DNA from: Planctomicrobium piriforme
GTDB taxonomy: Bacteria > Planctomycetota > Planctomycetia > Pirellulales > UBA1268
Reading direction: 5' to 3'
NCBI GenBank assembly: GCA_945869735.1
Contig: CAMBPQ010000002.1
Location: 23,276-87,275 of the forward strand
DNA: 64,000 bases
The first letter of the stretch is position 1, and each line of letters opens with the position of its first letter. This document shows, piece after piece, positions 61,424-64,000 of this stretch. Both the position numbers and the translations under genes were made by a program. Below the pieces are notes generated by a model, which searched no databases, was not told the origin of the DNA, and worked only from the letters and a program-made list of their open reading frames with translations.

Positions 61424-62071
61424 ATGAACCAGTTGCGACGCCTGTACCGCAGCATGATGAGGAGCACCCGCCGGAAGGCGGGGCTGATCCCACGCCAGTT
61501 CCGCAGGGACCGTGTGCTCTTCATCCACGTACCCAAATGCGCCGGCTCGGCCTTCCTCGACGCCTACCTCGGCTTTCAGACCGGCCACGTGACGGCGCAG
61601 GACTACCATGATGCCGATCCCGACTTCTTCGCGGCGGCCTATGTGTTCGCGTTCGTCCGCAACCCGCTCGCTCGGTTCGTCTCGGCCTACAACCACATCC
61701 AAACCGACGACCTCTGGCCTGTCCTACCCGCAGTGCGGCTGCTCGTCGACCGTCAGGGGGCCACGGTCTCGGAGGTCGCGGCGTCCCTGCGGCCCGACTC
61801 GGAACTCCTCCGCATGCCGTGGTTCACGCCGCAGCACACGTTTCTCGAGGTGCGGGGTCGGTGCGCCGTGAACCGTGCGTTCAAGACCGAATCGTTCGCG
61901 GCGGACCTCGAGGTCATCACGGCCGATGTTCCGATCCGGCTTCGCCTCTCCACCGAGGTCAACCGCCGCGGCCGGGAGCAAACGCCTCCTGACGCGGGGC
62001 TCTCCGCCGAGTCGGTGGCCAACCTCCGCCGCATCTACAGCCGCGACTTCACGCTCTTCGGCTACTACTGA
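61424..62071 (+). CDS. Sulfotransferase family 2 domain protein
   Basis: FIHVPKCAGS (PAPS-binding loop), FVRNPLARFVSAY, IYSRDFTLFGY. Confidence 0.85.
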   Translation: MNQLRRLYRSMMRSTRRKAGLIPRQFRRDRVLFIHVPKCAGSAFLDAYLGFQTGHVTAQDYHDADPDFFAAAYVFAFVRNPLARFVSAYNHIQTDDLWPVLPAVRLLVDRQGATVSEVAASLRPDSELLRMPWFTPQHTFLEVRGRCAVNRAFKTESFAADLEVITADVPIRLRLSTEVNRRGREQTPPDAGLSAESVANLRRIYSRDFTLFGYY

Positions 62072-62148
62072 CAAGGCACCCAAAAAGTCTGGTCCATCCC
62101 ACTCCTGTTCGGCACGATGGGGGCTTGAGTGGTGGGTCGGAGATTCTT

Positions 62149-62512
62149 GATCGTGAGGAGCCGGGTGTGGCACGCGCAGAAGCCGGGAATGTTTGCGACT
62201 CACGAGCTATGCCCCGTCGGCCAGGCGAGCATCCCGTAGCAAAATCCCCAGCGCCGAGCATGCCACACCCGGCGAACCAATCCGGCACCGTATCAATGCC
62301 GCCCGTATTCCCCGCGCTCGCGCTTGGGGCTTCCCGACGAGAGGCGGCGTCTCCGGATCGTGAGGAGCCGGGTGTGGCACGCGCAGAAGCCGGGAATGTT
62401 TGCGACTCACGAGCAATGCCCCGTCGGCCAGGCGAGCGTCCCGTAGCAAAATCCCCGGCGCCGAGCATGCCACACCCGGCGAACCAATCCGGCACCGCAT
62501 CAATGCCGCCCG
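62149..62512 (-). repeat. Two tandem module B units (207-bp period) separated by a REP-like unit
   Basis: GATCGTGAGGAGCCGGG at 62149 and 62356; near-identical cores; REP at 62307-62334. Confidence 0.9.
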
Positions 62513-62531
62513 CATCAGCCCTTGGGCGCAT

Positions 62532-64000
62532 TCACCCAGAATGTGCCACAGGCTCCGGAAAGCGGTCCTGGATTGCCTGCACGGAGAGAGGCTCCGTCCG
62601 CATGCCCTCCATCGCGAGGACGCAGGCCTCGGCCGCCGGTAGCGTGGTGATGCAGGGGACACCGTAGAGCACGCTCGCGGCCCGGATCCGGCCTTCGTCG
62701 GTCCGCGCCCCCTTGCCCCGCGGTGTGTTGAAGATCAGTTGCACTCGGCCGTCGATCAGATGATCGATCAGATTCGGATGACCCTCCTGTAGCTTCTTCA
62801 CCACCTCGACGGCGATACCGGCCTCGGTGAGCGTCCGCGCCGTGCCCGACGTCGCGATCAACTCGAAGCCGAGCGTCACCAGCCGCCGCGCCAGGCCCAC
62901 CATCGCCTCCTTCGCCTGGGTGCTCGCCACGCTGAGGAAGATCCGGCCCTGCTCGGGAAGCAGGATGCCGGCCGCGATCTGGCTCTTGGCGAAGGCGATG
63001 CTGAAGCGGTCGCTCACGCCCATCACCTCGCCCGTGCTCCGCATCTCGGGACCCAACGCGATGTCGACCCCGGCGAACTTCACGAACGGAAACACGCTCT
63101 CCTTCACGCTCACGTGGGCGGGCAACGGGTCGGCCGTTATACCCTGCTCCGCGAGGCTCAGGCCGGCCATCACCTTGACCGCCACCTTCGCCACCGGCAT
63201 CCCCGTCGCCTTGGCCACGAAAGGCACCGTGCGGCTGGCCCGCGGATTGACCTCGATCACGTAGATCGCCTGACCGCTGGTCCCGTCAACGCCGGTCTCC
63301 TTCTTGACCGCGAACTGCACGTTCATGAGGCCGATGACGCCCAGGCTTTTCGCCAGCCCCGTCGCCGCTGCCTTGATTCCGGTGATCACCTCCGGCGACA
63401 GGCTGTGCGGCGGGATGCAGCAGGCTGAGTCACCCGAATGGACGCCCGCCTCCTCGATGTGCTCCAGCACGCCGGCCACGATCACGTCCTTCCCGTCGCA
63501 GATGCAGTCGACGTCGACCTCGATCGCATCCTCGAGAAAGCGGTCGATGAGGACGGGCTGCCCCTGCGCGACGATAAACGCCTCGGCGACGTACCGCTCG
63601 AACTGCACGTGGTCGTAACAGATCTCCATGGCCCGGCCGCCGAGCACGAAACTCGGCCGCACGAGGCTCGGAAAGCCAATCCTCGCCACCTCGCGGCGGG
63701 CCTGTTCGAGCGTCCGTGCGATGCCGCTGGCCGGCTGCTTGAGGCCGAGTCGGTCGAGCAGTTCGCGGAACTGCTCGCGGTCTTCCGCCATTTCGATCGT
63801 ATCGACGGAGGTCCCGATGATCGGCAGGCCGGCGGCATGCAGCGCCCGGGCGAGGTTGAGCGGCGTCTGCCCGCCGAGCTGCACGATCACACCATCGGGC
63901 TCGATGCGATCGGCGATGTTGAGCACGTCCTCGCAGGTGAGTGGCTCGAAGAAGAGCATGTCGCTCGTGTCGTAGTCGGTGCTGACGGTCTCTGGGTTGG
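62532..64000 (-). CDS. carB: Carbamoyl-phosphate synthase large subunit, 5' part outside the window
   Basis: QLGGQTP, RPSFVLGGRAM, EEAGVHSGDS, EVNPRASRT, EMRSTGEV, MGS domain. Confidence 0.97.
   Translation of the reverse strand, partial: NPETVSTDYDTSDMLFFEPLTCEDVLNIADRIEPDGVIVQLGGQTPLNLARALHAAGLPIIGTSVDTIEMAEDREQFRELLDRLGLKQPASGIARTLEQARREVARIGFPSLVRPSFVLGGRAMEICYDHVQFERYVAEAFIVAQGQPVLIDRFLEDAIEVDVDCICDGKDVIVAGVLEHIEEAGVHSGDSACCIPPHSLSPEVITGIKAAATGLAKSLGVIGLMNVQFAVKKETGVDGTSGQAIYVIEVNPRASRTVPFVAKATGMPVAKVAVKVMAGLSLAEQGITADPLPAHVSVKESVFPFVKFAGVDIALGPEMRSTGEVMGVSDRFSIAFAKSQIAAGILLPEQGRIFLSVASTQAKEAMVGLARRLVTLGFELIATSGTARTLTEAGIAVEVVKKLQEGHPNLIDHLIDGRVQLIFNTPRGKGARTDEGRIRAASVLYGVPCITTLPAAEACVLAMEGMRTEPLSVQAIQDRFPEPVAHSG

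Noticed and set aside
62149-62512. CRISPR array interpretation of the tandem repeats and REP-spaced units
   Set aside because: Units are over 150 bp and near-identical throughout, there are no unique spacers, there are only two units, and no cas genes are in the window.
62522-62533. TTGGGCGCATTC resembling the module A terminal repeat beside the carB stop
   Set aside because: Its orientation would put the element body inside carB, which is intact; likely coincidence.
62049-62667. ORFs with internal repeats (62049-62531, 62125-62667, 62207-62662, and 38781-39266)
   Set aside because: They are translations of module B in several frames with no preferred frame or protein motif.

Overview
High-GC bacterial chromosomal window, almost certainly Planctomycetota (Pirellulales-like). 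This is inferred from the TIGR03009-like, TIGR04138-like and DUF1501 + DUF1549/1553 genes and a PEP-CTERM protein. It is mostly housekeeping. It carries the fused S10-spc-alpha ribosomal protein cluster (rpsJ to rplQ, with secY, adk, map, rpmJ and rpoA; no rpmD, infA, tuf, rpsL or rpsG) and an rpmA-obgE-coaX-rsfS-argS-fusA run. Other genes are nadE, speA, a MATE transporter, parA, aroB, recQ, tal, an AraC regulator with an arylsulfatase, a LIV-type ABC transporter, rlmKL, a sulfotransferase and partial carB. The most unusual signal is non-coding: a dense, modular family of intergenic structured repeats. Module A is a ~160-bp MITE-like element with TAGAGCG...CGCTCTA-type ends and a covarying three-way junction (7 full or partial copies, plus a fragment). 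Module B is a long hairpin of about 150 bp (4 copies) associated with a REP-like 28-mer (4 copies). Three copies begin exactly at the TAG stop codon of a gene, and module B is nested inside module A at one locus. Protein-level oddities include a LivG ATPase with an inserted two-TM domain, a divergent EF-G, a Glu-His-Ser PEP-CTERM subtilase, a cluster of small proteins around a pseudo-receiver, a triplicated rpsJ stop cassette and a heavily deleted ABC transporter remnant. I found no tRNA, rRNA, CRISPR array, transposase or integrase. No database searches were run, so family names come from motif recognition.
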